Assembly: GCA_977018835.1 (NCBI GenBank)
Contig: OZ361261.1
Coordinates: forward strand, 2,294,001-2,358,000
Reading direction: 5' to 3'
DNA length: 64,000 bases
DNA from: Minutocellus sp. GHC0000111
Taxonomy: Eukaryota
Part shown: positions 26,421 to 38,400 of the stretch, piece after piece
How the letters are laid out: every line of letters begins with the position of its first letter
Position numbering within the stretch: the first letter of the stretch is position 1
The notes under the pieces: model-generated
The model's database searches: none
The model's input: the letters and a program-made list of their open reading frames with translations, nothing else
Told to the model about the DNA's origin: nothing
Translations under genes and position numbers: made by a program

Positions 26421-26472
26421 ACATCCGTCCGACCGATAGGCAATCCGGACATCCGTCCGACAGGCAATCCGG
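26421..26472 (+). repeat. Tandem duplication, 24/28-bp unit
   Basis: ACATCCGTCCGAC[CGAT]AGGCAATCCGG occurs twice in tandem. Confidence 0.85.
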
Positions 26473-28513
26473 CACACAAATTTCTCTTGACGATGCCATG
26501 CTTCACCTATGCCACTAGCGTGGATCTCCTTCAAGAGACTTTAAAGATGCCATTAGACGATTAAGTGCAAAAAAAAAACATGCACGATCGTGCTGTCACG
26601 ATAGGGCAAAAATCCGAAAACACTCGCTCGACATTGGCTGGCAAGTAAGTTGGCAGGTGTTAAATTCCAGCAAAGAACACGTGATCGCATAGATCATAAC
26701 CAGTCCGGGCGAAGTATCTAAGTGACTTCCTTGTTATCGCCAAACGGAATCGGAAAGAGTTATTAAAGAGCATTCGCACCGTGCTAACTGCAGCATGCCG
26801 AAAATCCACCATAGACGACAAGAAGTCATCCTTCGAATGAAGAAAAGTAGACTATATCTTGATTACCACATCAGTCACGAACGAATCCGGCTAGACATGC
26901 ATCACAGCCGGCCCAATCACAGCATTGGCTGCACCGGAAGCCTCAGCTAGTGCACGGACATTAATTTCGCTCGAGAAATTCCTACCACAACTTGTGGAGC
27001 CGACGCTCCCACCTATTCGCACTGATGGCACATAATAATTAACACTATACCAACGAAAGCATTTTCATGCAATATTTCGGCGAGCAAGGCGCAGGACTGA
27101 CAAATTCATACCATTCGCGCAAATTTAGTCGGTAGTATTCAACGGCCATACAACCTTTCCTTTTACACAACTCGGAAAGGTGCCGTTGATTCCCTTATGC
27201 GTTCATCGGAAACAAGAATGATACAAGGCGCTAATGAGACTTAGCGCATTACTGACGAAGAACAAAAGCCTCTCGAGGAAGAAAGATCAATTTCTACCTC
27301 GATACTCTTCTGTTCGAGGCGGAACCGTCAGATATTCCAAAAAAAATGCTCGATCTAAAAACATATTCTTGCAAAGAAGGATAAGAACTTACCGGAACGC
27401 GGTAACGGCGCATCGAGACACAAGATAAAGTCTTGCTTATCTGCAAGGAGCGATGACCAGGACATGACGACATCGCGCTATCCACCGAGCATGGTAGTAG
27501 CCGACGAGCAACATCCGGAACAACAGCTCCCGAATCTACAATCGAGATGTGACCGTGAAACCCCGCCAATAGAATCCTATCAAAACAGGAGAGTAAAAGG
27601 TCGGTGACAAAGGCGCGGAAGATCATGCGCCACGGAGGCGGCCATTGAAGTGATGTTGTCCAGGCCATAGGAAACTATTCGCGTGGCCTATGGTCCGAAG
27701 AAGATAAAGGACAAGCGGGCCACCTGGAATTCAAAGGGGCCGCAATAATACACTCAATTCTTGGGTGCAGACGCTTGGCAAAATGTCAAAGATCGAACGG
27801 GATCATCACCGATCACGGAGACGAATCGTACGACTTTATCATAACGACCGCGGCATAGGTGCATCCGATTTCCAACGGCCATAAGAAAGTGCCTACGGCC
27901 TCCAAACGACCCGCGCCGGAATTGTCTCGGCATTTACATATGCGAATAGAGACCTGATTCGCAAATCACTGGCCGAACGATCCGAAGACACCAGGAATAA
28001 TCACGACTACAAATGCATGAGTCAGGATTGAAAAGATAGCAGCAGGATGCCTCATCGCACAAGCAGATGACGAGCTGCGGTGTACTGACACCCCGATGGG
28101 AGCAGAGCGGGAGTAGAAGGATGGCCCTTTACTCCGTTTGAGAAATAGCTATTACGCACAGCCGTGCGACTCGAAGGTCTGCTCAGCCAATATCGATAGT
28201 CTCACGGCCATATCAACTCAATCACAAGCGCGGACTAAAGCGCAAAGAGATGTCGAAGGATTGACTAAAAGCAAAAGAGCCGAAGACCAAGAAGCCGCAA
28301 GCGGTAAGTATGCAAGCAAAAGAAAATGACATCAGCTGGAAGTAAAGGTTACTGGCCCAAGACCAGCGCTACGAAGCCGAGGGGATCAGTACGAACCAGG
28401 AACACCGGCTTAGAATAGCAGGACATGATCGCACAGAATGCATGCGGCCACAACCTTCCAGCCATAAAAAGCTCGAGACAAAGACCTCGCTCCGGAATAG
28501 AATTACGGAACGT

Positions 28514-28572
28514 AACCTGCAGAAAAATTACAAGAGGCCGAAACCTGCAGAAAAATTACAAGAGGCCGAAAC
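28514..28572 (+). repeat. Perfect 28-bp tandem duplication
   Basis: AACCTGCAGAAAAATTACAAGAGGCCGA occurs twice in tandem. Confidence 0.92.
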
Positions 28573-29220
28573 TAATCCGGAAAGACCAAATGAGCGCGGA
28601 GGCGCAATCAATAAGGCATTCAACAAAAGACGCGCAAACTAATGATGGCAAAAGTACATAGCGCCGGAAAGCGCTAAAACAACTACTCCGAAATGGACAT
28701 AAAAGATAGCGACGCGCGCGTGAAAAGGTAAGTGCCGCCGAGGTAGAAAGTCTCACCGTCAATGGAAAGTGACGGTGACAGACTCGCCATAGTGGAAAAA
28801 GTAATTCTACTATGAGTTGTGCATCCCTCCGGCCAGCAAACAGCGCGCTGTCGCGGAATAAAAATGAAGCCGCCATGAGTAGGACGAGATCCATCATGAG
28901 CGAGAAATGAAGATGCGAATGGCACATGTCCAAGAATGACTTACGGATAAGTAAGTTGACCGACTCAAATGAGTCGCAAATATTTCCAACATTTCCGCCG
29001 TGAAGAGAGCGAATTCTGCTCGCATGAAAGCACGGCGTGGTCGCGGGCGATGGGGACACTCTCAAATAACATTTTCATCCCGGGGCAAGAAAATGAGAGA
29101 ACGGCAAACTGCTAAGCCGACTGATCATCGGTGGAACTGGAATCAACCCGTGGCGGAGAGCCAAGCACCTCATTTCTTGTGAAAGTGCTATGGGACGCCT
29201 AGCACGACTACCTCTCGGTC

Positions 29221-29615
29221 CCAATGCTGCAAGAATCTGGCGTGACTAGCGAAGGACCAAAGAAAAATGCCGTCCATGGAACCATCTGCCGCTGCTACGA
29301 GCAGCGAAGGGCGGAGGAACGCCGCCAATGCTGCAAAATCTGGCGCGACCAGTGAAGGACGAAGAAAAATACCGTCCATAGCACTATCTACCGCTATTAC
29401 GAGTAGCGAAGGGCGGAGGAACGCCGCCAATGCTGCAGAATGATCTAGTGCGACCAGTGAAGGACGAAGATCAATGCCGTCCACAGCATCACAGAGGGCG
29501 AGGGAAACACCGCCGATGCTGACAAGTGCCTTTCGCGAGTAATAAAAATCAAGGTCGACACCGTCCATTGCGTCTGCCGCAACTAGGAAAGGACGATGAA
29601 TTTTTACCAATGCCA
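29221..29615 (+). repeat. Degenerate tandem repeat of ~102-104 bp, 3-4 units
   Basis: Units start CCAATGCTGCA at 29221, 29325 and 29427, with a degenerate fourth unit near 29513. Confidence 0.88.
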
Positions 29616-29853
29616 TGGGGCTTTGCCGTGAACATGTACATCACGGGCAGCCAATTTGAATGCCAGCCAACAACAGTGCCGGCACGAGAAAATTACGCGT
29701 GTTAAACAGCAGCAGCAGCAGCAGCAGAATCGCCAAAGTTAAAAGCACAAACCGGTTACAACAACCTCGTGTTTACTGACACGAAGCGACCGTGTCAAGG
29801 TAAGTTTTACACAAATCTAGCACGTCACAGAACCTCATGAATCAAGGAGGCGA

Positions 29854-30074
29854 GTGCAATAGATTGGTGTTTGAGGTGGCATCTGTAGGGCTTGTTAGCC
29901 CGCTCCTACATGCTCGTGACGGAGCAGGCAAGCAAGCTAGAAGCCCAGTACTCTTGCTGAGAGCAATCAGCTCGCAGACATGCGAACCTTGACTAATTAT
30001 CATTGATGTTACTGCCATGACTGCTATGGCTTGCCCCGGTCTCCATGCATGGATAGATCTAGAGACAGAGATCT
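29854..30074 (+). repeat. ~220-bp dispersed repeat, copy B
   Basis: Direct copy of 20518-20745. Confidence 0.92.
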
Positions 30075-31513
30075 ACCAGCACTGCACAATTTGATGGGCC
30101 AAGTGCATCACTACGCAAGCTTGCGATCCCCTTGGCCGAAATTAACAATTTGTGAATTCCTATGTAGGAATTCCTGCGTTCCAGACGTGTCTGCTGCACA
30201 ACATGACAGCAAGTTCTGGATTCGCCATGTGCAAATGCATTGGCAACATCCAATCAGCAGCCAAGATAGTAGGAAGTAAATGCTGCAAGCACTTCTCTCC
30301 CAGCACAAACAAACCTTGTGCACGCCGCTCAAAGCTCAAATGAACGAAATGCATCTCAAGGCTTGAGAACTTGGCATGTGAATGAATCAGAACGACTTTT
30401 TGAATCGTCGAATGTCCTCAATCAACAAAGCTCGCACTTTTTTCAGTCGGTGTCGTCAACGTAACAAGTGATGACTCAACCCACAGGAGCCGTCAACATC
30501 ATCCTCGTCCGCGTAGTCGAAGTCTCTTGAGCACCCACCACCCTTTTCGCGCGAGATCAAAGTTCAAAAGTCGCGATGCAGTGAAGATTTTTTCCGGACC
30601 TCCTTGCCAAGCGGAAGCAACTGATGTGCTGGAAACGATGGTGATTGTTCTTAATCCTTGTTCACTCACACGAAGACACGAGATAAATGGTTTCGTTGAC
30701 TGGCGATAGCTCAAGCACGTTTGCCGAGAGGCCGGGAAGTGCTACGTAGTAGCTATGTGCCTGGAAAGCGATTGATGATGTAGAACACATGCTTGCGATA
30801 AAGGGGAGGGATGTGAACAGCAAACGAAGGCGACAGCGGTCCTGGCACCATTGTTCTTTTTGGGGCAGCATGGCATGGTCGGCGGGCAGGTGGCTCTGTA
30901 CGAGCACATGCACCGCACGTACATCACACATGCTGTTGACTTGATTGACTCGACTCAGTCTCGACTAAGCAAAAGATGCCGAAAAGAACCCCAAGATATC
31001 TCAAAACGCAAAGCTCGGATTTTGATGCCATTCCATCCACCTCTTAACCATGATGTGTACAATCACATGGAGAAGATACAGCCGATTCTATCGGCTCGTT
31101 TTCGAGTTCCACCCCGATCCTTCTTTGATTCAAAATCCCATAGTAAATTGAGTGCCCGAGACGGACGACGGAAAGACAACAAACGAGACGTTGCCGGTAA
31201 TGTACTCAGCGTTTGCGATTTTTTGGCGGCGGCGGCCTTCGACCACCACCGAAACTTTTATACCACACCGGCAAGGCGGCGGTGGTCCATTTGTCGAGTT
31301 TTCATATAGGGTGTCTTACACCTCAAACAGACTCCTCCCCGGCTGGCTGCAAAATCTTGCTGTCAGCAGCGGCAGCAGCAGCAAGCGGCGGCCTTCCTGA
31401 ACTGTTCATCATGTGTAGCTAGACTCGAGATGTAGATAGTAGAACTACTAGTAGTAGGTCTTCCATGCAATATAAAGTAACCTAATTTACAATATCTACA
31501 TGTAATGATAAAC

Positions 31514-32452
31514 CTAAAAATGGAGTTGGGACCAACGGACCTTGGCGGCATGATTGTTGCGGCTCTTGCTTCTCGATTGGTTCAAAAAATTGTCTCTGCT
31601 GCTGCTGTTGCTCTTGCTGCTCTTCTTCTTGGCCTCCAGGGCTTGGAGGTAGCGCTCGTAGTGCACTGGATGGATCCTCTCCCCGGTCTGGACGTTGACA
31701 AACATGTCATCGTCCTCGACGGCCCGGTGCCAGTCGTAGTGCTCGGAGGCAAACTCGATGGTGTTGCGCTGAGCGTTGTGGTGCATCTCCTCGGGACTGG
31801 TCCACAGATGACGGCGGATCCGATCGCTGTATTCGTTCCGCGTTGGGATCGACTTGATGGTGACGGTAGTATCGAAGCTGACGCCTCGTCGTCGACGTCC
31901 GGATGAAGAGGAGCTCGAAGAATCCAGATCATCGGAGGACGACGACAGGAGCGATGAGAAGGATCGATACGATGGGATAGGACTTGTAGGAATGGTCGTT
32001 GTGCTCAAGGATGAAGGTGTCATCTCAGAGAGATTGGAAGTGGAAGCGGTGGATGCAATCGACATCAGATCTTCGTCGACCTGCCCGTAATCTCGCTTGA
32101 GGGCCTCGTGGTGAATCTTTTCCAGCTTGGATGTCTGTGGTGGAGCATGATTATGTGCCATTTTTGTAGCCGATGACAATTCGGAAGACGACAATGTAGG
32201 GATGTTGAGAGAATGAAGATATCTTGCTCGGATGGTATCCGTTGTCCCTGCAGACCGGCCGCTCATGGTCTTGGGGCTCAGATTCTCAACTTTTTGCATC
32301 ATCATCGGCTTTCGTTGATTGTGCTTGTGCCCCAAAACAGCCGATCGAGAATGCGAACCAGAGGTTGACATCGCTTCTTGTGGCGACGATTCGCTCACGG
32401 CCGAGCTCAACTGAACTCTTTGTGGAGTAGTCATTCTTCGTGATAGGCACAT
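31514..32452 (-). CDS. Ser-rich hypothetical protein with diatom-type C-terminal domain
   Basis: 312-aa ORF with the motif VSFDTTV.I..IP.R.EYS.RIR..LW...E...NAQRN.IEFASE.YDW. Confidence 0.75.
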   Translation of the reverse strand: MCLSRRMTTPQRVQLSSAVSESSPQEAMSTSGSHSRSAVLGHKHNQRKPMMMQKVENLSPKTMSGRSAGTTDTIRARYLHSLNIPTLSSSELSSATKMAHNHAPPQTSKLEKIHHEALKRDYGQVDEDLMSIASTASTSNLSEMTPSSLSTTTIPTSPIPSYRSFSSLLSSSSDDLDSSSSSSSGRRRRGVSFDTTVTIKSIPTRNEYSDRIRRHLWTSPEEMHHNAQRNTIEFASEHYDWHRAVEDDDMFVNVQTGERIHPVHYERYLQALEAKKKSSKSNSSSRDNFLNQSRSKSRNNHAAKVRWSQLHF

Positions 32453-32834
32453 TGTTATCTGCTATGTTCCCTTTTTGATCAATTGGCATGCGGTTGTGCG
32501 GCCACGATCAATACTTGCAGATATGTTCCGGCCATCCGACCGAGAAGAAGTGATCAGAAGCCAACCTCATCTTGATCTGAGCTTTGTGCGTGTTCTTGTG
32601 AAGTCTTGCGGACCCGAGCTTTCTGCCGAGAACGAGGCACTGTCTCAATGACGTGTCCAACAGACTCACTCAGGCGGTCGGAGGACAGACGAAATTGCCT
32701 CCACCGAAATCGTAATCGATGATGATGAGCGAATGAGCGAAGCAATCGCAAGCAGCCAGTCAAAACAGAGAGAAAGAGGCAAAGAAGAAGTACAAGCAAG
32801 GGATAGAGCCTTAAGCACGGCAACCGAACAAAGC

Positions 32835-35307
32835 ATGAGCGGATTCGGAGGCGGTTGGTCTGGTCCGTCGTCGGCCAAGGACTCCCCGGCTCCACCTTCG
32901 TCTGCTCCAAGCCAAAAGAAACCAGCTTTTTCTGCCCCCGCGCCTCCCGCCAAAGTAGGCGCCACCAACGCCGGCAGCAGCAATAGTACCGACCAGCAGC
33001 CGCAGAAGTACCATGCCCTCGTCGTTGATTCCGGTGCCATCATCAAGCATTCGGCCTTTTCTACTCTCCACAACGCGGCCGAAACGTACTACACCGTCCC
33101 GGCTGTCCTCGACGAGATTCGCGATGCCAAGGCCCGGGAACATCTCGACAACCTTCCCTTCGAACTGCAAACGCGCGTCCCGACGGCCGAGGCCATGAAG
33201 GCCATGTCCGACTTTAGCCGTCTCACCGGCGACTACCGCAGTCTGAGCAGTGTCGATATGCAGGTTCTGGCCCTCCTCTACGATCTCGGTAAGTTCCAGT
33301 TATGCTATGTTTTGTTGAAAGAAGATGCACGACAAAGGGCAGTTTTTGGTTTTTCTTTTTGTGTCATTTTCTGTGTACAAGTCCTCCATGGTATCCTAAC
33401 GATGGTACATATCTCCTCTTTCTACTTCTATGCAATTGTATTCAGAGGTTGAGGGTTGCAATGGAGATAAGACACACATTCGAACAACGCCTAAGAGGAC
33501 TTTGGGTGTTGGACACATTCAATCATTGGCCCCCGAGGACGAACAGAAGGGTGCTGCCAATGCCAATGATGGAAATAACAGCGAAGGCAAGGAAGGGGAA
33601 GCTGCAATTGCAGAAGAAGGAAAGAATCCCGGGGGTGCATCCTTCTTTGAAGGCAAGGCAATGGCTCCGCCTGATATGGAAACCGATGAGCCAATGATGG
33701 CAGACACGGTCTCTGATGCAGCTGCATCCTCATCCCAGCGGACCGCACCAGCTGCTCCCAAGTCCTGGGCCATGCTTGTGAATCCATCTGCGGCGTCTGA
33801 GGCTCCTCCTGCTTCTGCAGCTGTTTCCGATGGAAAGAATACCGCACTGCTCAAGGTGCAATTCGCGCCTAATACTGAGGAGGATGCAGCTGATCTCGGT
33901 GGTCAGTTCGACGATGCCGACGAGGAAGACTCCGAAGATGATGATTTGTCCAGCGATGACGACGACGAGGATGGTGAACGGTATGCCAATATGAGCGATC
34001 CAGAGGACTTTAGTGACGAAGAATGCGACGTGTACATCCTCGATCCTGAAGAGGTGGAAGAGCGAAAACGCCAAAAGGAGGAGCAGAAGGCCACCAAAGT
34101 AAACAATGGCGAGGAGCAGGAGGATGCTGCAGGTGATCTCGCGGATGAGCTTGCAGAGGCATTCCCGTCTCTTGCAGCGGCTGCGACTGTCCCCTACGAT
34201 GGCAGCGACGACGAAGGAGAAGGCGACGCGGCCGGGGGTAAGAGTGCCCTGCAGCTGGCGCAGGAAGAGGCCGAGCGAAAGCGACAGGAATCGCTCATGC
34301 CCATTGCCGCCACCAAGGATGGGAAGTTGTACACTTCCTTCCGTAAATATGGCCATGTCGTCGCATCCGAGGGTATCAAGAAGAAGAGTTGTGGAATGAA
34401 GGTCGCAGCAAATAATGATGAAGAAGACGTGGATGCCAATGCCGACGACGAGGGACAGATTGACTCCGAAGCCGTTGCTCAGATAGATCGCAGGAAGGAC
34501 CAGTCTCGTATCCTCGGCGGGGATATGTCCATGGCTGGTAAAATGACTGCCGAAGATGACGACGGCGAAGGTTGGATCACAACTACGTCTGATATTCGAT
34601 CCATGAAGGCTTCCGGGCATCTTGATCCAACCCGGGATCCTGCAAAGGCAAAAGATGGTGCCATCAACGCACCCAAGGGCCCAGTTGGACCACCACTCTC
34701 ACAAAGAACCGCCTGTGCAACGACCGATTTTGCCATGCAGAATGTCATTCTTCAGATGAACCTCTCTCTCCTGACGGTAGACGGAGTCAAAGTCCGCCGC
34801 CTCAAGTCCTGGGTGACACGTTGCGGTGCTTGCTTCACCATCTATACCGGTGACCAAAATGGCCTAGGAACGACCAGGCTTTTCTGCGAACGCTGCGGAT
34901 CCGACTTTATGCAGCGTATTGCTGCAAGCGTCGATGGCAAGACCGGTCGCCTCAAGCTGCATCTCTCCAAGAAGTACAAGACCAACACGAGAGGGACCAA
35001 GTTCTCGCTCCCCGCTCCTGGAAAGGGCAACCGTTTTGAGGGAGATTTGCTCCTTCGCGAGGATCAACTGATGACCGGTGTCTGGAACCAAAAGGCAAAA
35101 AAGGCGCGAGGTAAGAAGGAAGCCCAGTCGATATTCGGCAGCGACATTGCATCGAATGTTGGCTGCCATGCCGATCTTACAAAGAGCGATAACATTAAGG
35201 TTGGCTTTGGCCGACGCAATCCCAACGCCGCCAAGGGTGGGCGAGAAAGGCGAGGCAAGAAGAAGAAGGGAAACGATGTAAAGGCGTGCGGCTTGCGAAG
35301 ATACTAA
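32835..35307 (+). CDS. NOB1: 20S pre-rRNA D-site endonuclease (PIN domain + zinc ribbon)
   Basis: Motifs LVVDSGAII, V..EIRD, TGDY.SLS.VD, DDGEGWIT, TTDFAMQNVILQM and CGAC...FCERCG. Intron 33289-33445. Confidence 0.95.
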
Positions 35308-35498
35308 TTTATTAATTATGAGCACTGCAGTATACATTTTACCGTATCTTGGTCAGTGCTAGTGCAGTATCATTGGTACATTCGATTTACAAAATTGAAC
35401 ACAGCTGTACAATTGTACTAAAGTATTCTAGCTAGAGAGTACTGTAGGAGCTACGACGCACTGTAGTTACTGCAGCAAACGAACCTGAGCCAGGCTCT

Positions 35499-38400
35499 TT
35501 AAGTCTTTGATTTTTGCTCCACCTGATCCCAATTCATGAACCCTCGACAATTGGTGCTCCCACACTGACATACAATGCGACTCTCAAAGTCTGGCTCCAA
35601 AGGAAACTGATAGTCATATGTAAGTTCTGTTCCTTCAGCGATTGGGTGTCGAGCGATAATGATCACACGCATCAACCTCTCGTTGGGAGACGCACCGCAA
35701 ATAATCTTGGCGACGCAGTTGGGCTCGCAGCTGTGATTTATGTATCGTGCATAGCCACCCTTGAGAGTGGCATCGATTACCAGATCTTCGCTCACTCTGA
35801 ATTGGTAATCCTGGATTCGCATTTCGCGGTACATAATCTCTCGTTTTTCGCACACGGCGTTGGTGATGTACTCGCCAACATACTCGGCGACCACCTCAGA
35901 TTCCGCGAATTTGTGCTCTGCATAAAGTCCCCACCCATGAATATTGCTCCCCTGAATGCTAACAGATCCATCTCTCGCAACGGAGCAAGAGGTAGATGCG
36001 ATTGTCTTTAATTGCTCTTCATCGTCGAGATTGACGCTCAACACCTTTTGCTTCCGCCCATTAGCGCTGGCAAGTCCAGTGGATTGGGCGAACCTTGATT
36101 GATGGACCCGGGGCGTGACTTTCGTTGGCTGCTTGTTCCGTTTCCAGTTTCGCTTCAGATCGGCTGCGTTCATGAGCTGGGCGTCTTCACTTCGACTTGC
36201 ATCTCCTCGAGCACAGCCGCTTTCAGTGCTCGTCATGTTGTCAACGCGGCGAGATTGCACAATCTTTAGGATGGAGAATATCTGCTTTTCTCTCCAATTT
36301 GGCTTATCTTTCAGTTGAATGGGCCGGTCTGCTTCTGCCACAGCCTCGTCGATCTGGCATCGAAGAGCCCGATCTTCCACATGATTCCTTCGAAGAATTG
36401 GGTGGAAGACGCCGCCGGTCTCCAAGTAATCAGCGCGAGATGCCTGGGCAGCCACTGCCATTCGCCTAATCGCTAGACGACCGTAGTACGCAGTTTCATT
36501 CTCCTTTGTACGCATAAAGTCAGACGAGAGTTGTGATCTTAGCCATTCTTCTGAATCCAATACCTCGGCAGCTCCAGGCCAAGTAGTACGGAGATACTCG
36601 TAAGGGTCAGACTTGTCCGAGTCGGCCGTTGCGGAATCGTCTGCCTCGCTACCATCGGAGGCCTTCGATGGATAGTCACCGGCATCGGTAGGTGCCCTTG
36701 ATCGCAGTGTTCTCTTCGGAATTGTCTCGGAATGTGCTTTACTTTGGTGGAACCTTTTCGAGAAATGTGCAGCATGCGACTTTTTGATTGCTGAAATCCA
36801 CCGATTGGCTCTTATTTCCATTTCGGTCAAAATCTCGTAGAGGTCTTGGGCAGTAATTGCGTAGATGGTGCCCGCTGGGTTGAAGACAAGAGCATTCGCG
36901 CACAAAAGGCTTGCATCGGCAGAGAATGCAGCAAGCGAACTGTATTGGCCTCGTAGAACTCTCTGTCGGATAATGCTAAAATCAATTGGTCTCTTGACAA
37001 CTTGCCGATATTCCTCAACGCTATCAGGAACTGGTTCGGCGAAGAGTCGCAGAGGATCGCGTCTGATCATGGACAAAAGGATACCACTCGCTGCTATAGT
37101 GACGCAGCGTTTGTGAAGTTCCTGAGCCTCTTTCTTGTGTGCCACCAAATCTTCTGAACGAATGTCGGTACTATCTTGCCTTTTCGTCCCCTTTCGAGCA
37201 CTCCGGAGAGGAAGGGAAGACACGGGGGGCGTGCGCATGCTATCAGTGTCATCCTCGTCGACACTATGGTCGCTATTGGAAGAATCCGAGGACGAATCGG
37301 ACTCATCTCCTGACAGTGCAGGATTTACGTCGTCGGCGGCCAAAGCCTTGGCCGTGTCTTCGAAATCCACATCCTGAGTAGACGAATCCAAGTCACTTGT
37401 TCCCCCCACTGAGACTGAAGACTCATCCACATCATCCGACTCCAGCAACATCTTCTCAAATGGAAGCATGGCATTAGGCCCCCAGTCAGCACCCACCATT
37501 GCTTGCGCAGTTGCTTGCTCGCCCGGGGTTTGCTTGTCGAAGTTGGAATCATTCAGGGGGGTGCTCTTCAAGGAAGTATTCTGAACTTGCCACGATTGTC
37601 GTGAAGAGCCATAGTTATTGAGTTTTGTCATGACGGCGATGAGCTTGTCACCCCGACATCCAATGCATCCGAGGCTGGAGATTGTATGTTTCTTACACCC
37701 AATGCATTTGTACAGTTTGGGTTGGTCTTCATCTTCTTCGAGATCAGTTGCCGCGTCCACTCTCTTCCTTTTCTTTCTAGCCGAGCTTGTGGGTAGGATA
37801 CCTCTCGACAAGACCTTGGCCTCGGGACGAGTCTCGCCGGCGTCAGCTATGATTTCAGGCATCGCCTCGTGGACCCTCAGGGTGGTGAGATGCTCAATAA
37901 ATGAAGTAAGCTCGTCCATTCTTGTATTTGGTTCAGTCAGGTAGAAACCTGGAGGGTGATATTCTTGGTCGTTGTCCACAACCAGCTCTCTCTGTTCGGT
38001 TGGCGCCTTAAGGCCCAATCCGATCCGCGTTGCCATGAGAGATGCGACTGGAGGCTGTAGCTTCGCACGATACTGGACTGCAGGGACAGCTGCCTGCAGC
38101 ACAGGGCAAAAGTGATTCCACCCCCTTGTGCAGCCGATGCATTCATCACCAATGCTAGTTGCCACGGGGCCTTGAACTTGGTATTGGGGAAGCATGACCT
38201 TGCTTTGGTCAACAGGATTATTCATTTCGGTGGACCTGGCCTCGCTTCTGGACAGGTCTACCATAGGAACGGGATGGAAGCGCATGTCTCGCAGGAGATC
38301 AAGAAGAGGTTGGTTCTTCCCTGATCTTGCCCCAACAGGGGTGCAACGAAATTGCGAAGAGGATAAGAGCTCATGATGTCTCTGATTCCAATACTTTACA

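Noticed and set aside
29221..29615. CRISPR-like array
   Set aside because: Whole units are homologous tandem repeats with no unique spacers, there are no cas genes, and the context is eukaryotic.
20518..30074. The two direct repeats 9.3 kb apart as LTRs of a retrotransposon
   Set aside because: No clean TG...CA ends, no target-site duplication, and no gag/pol remnants recognised between them.
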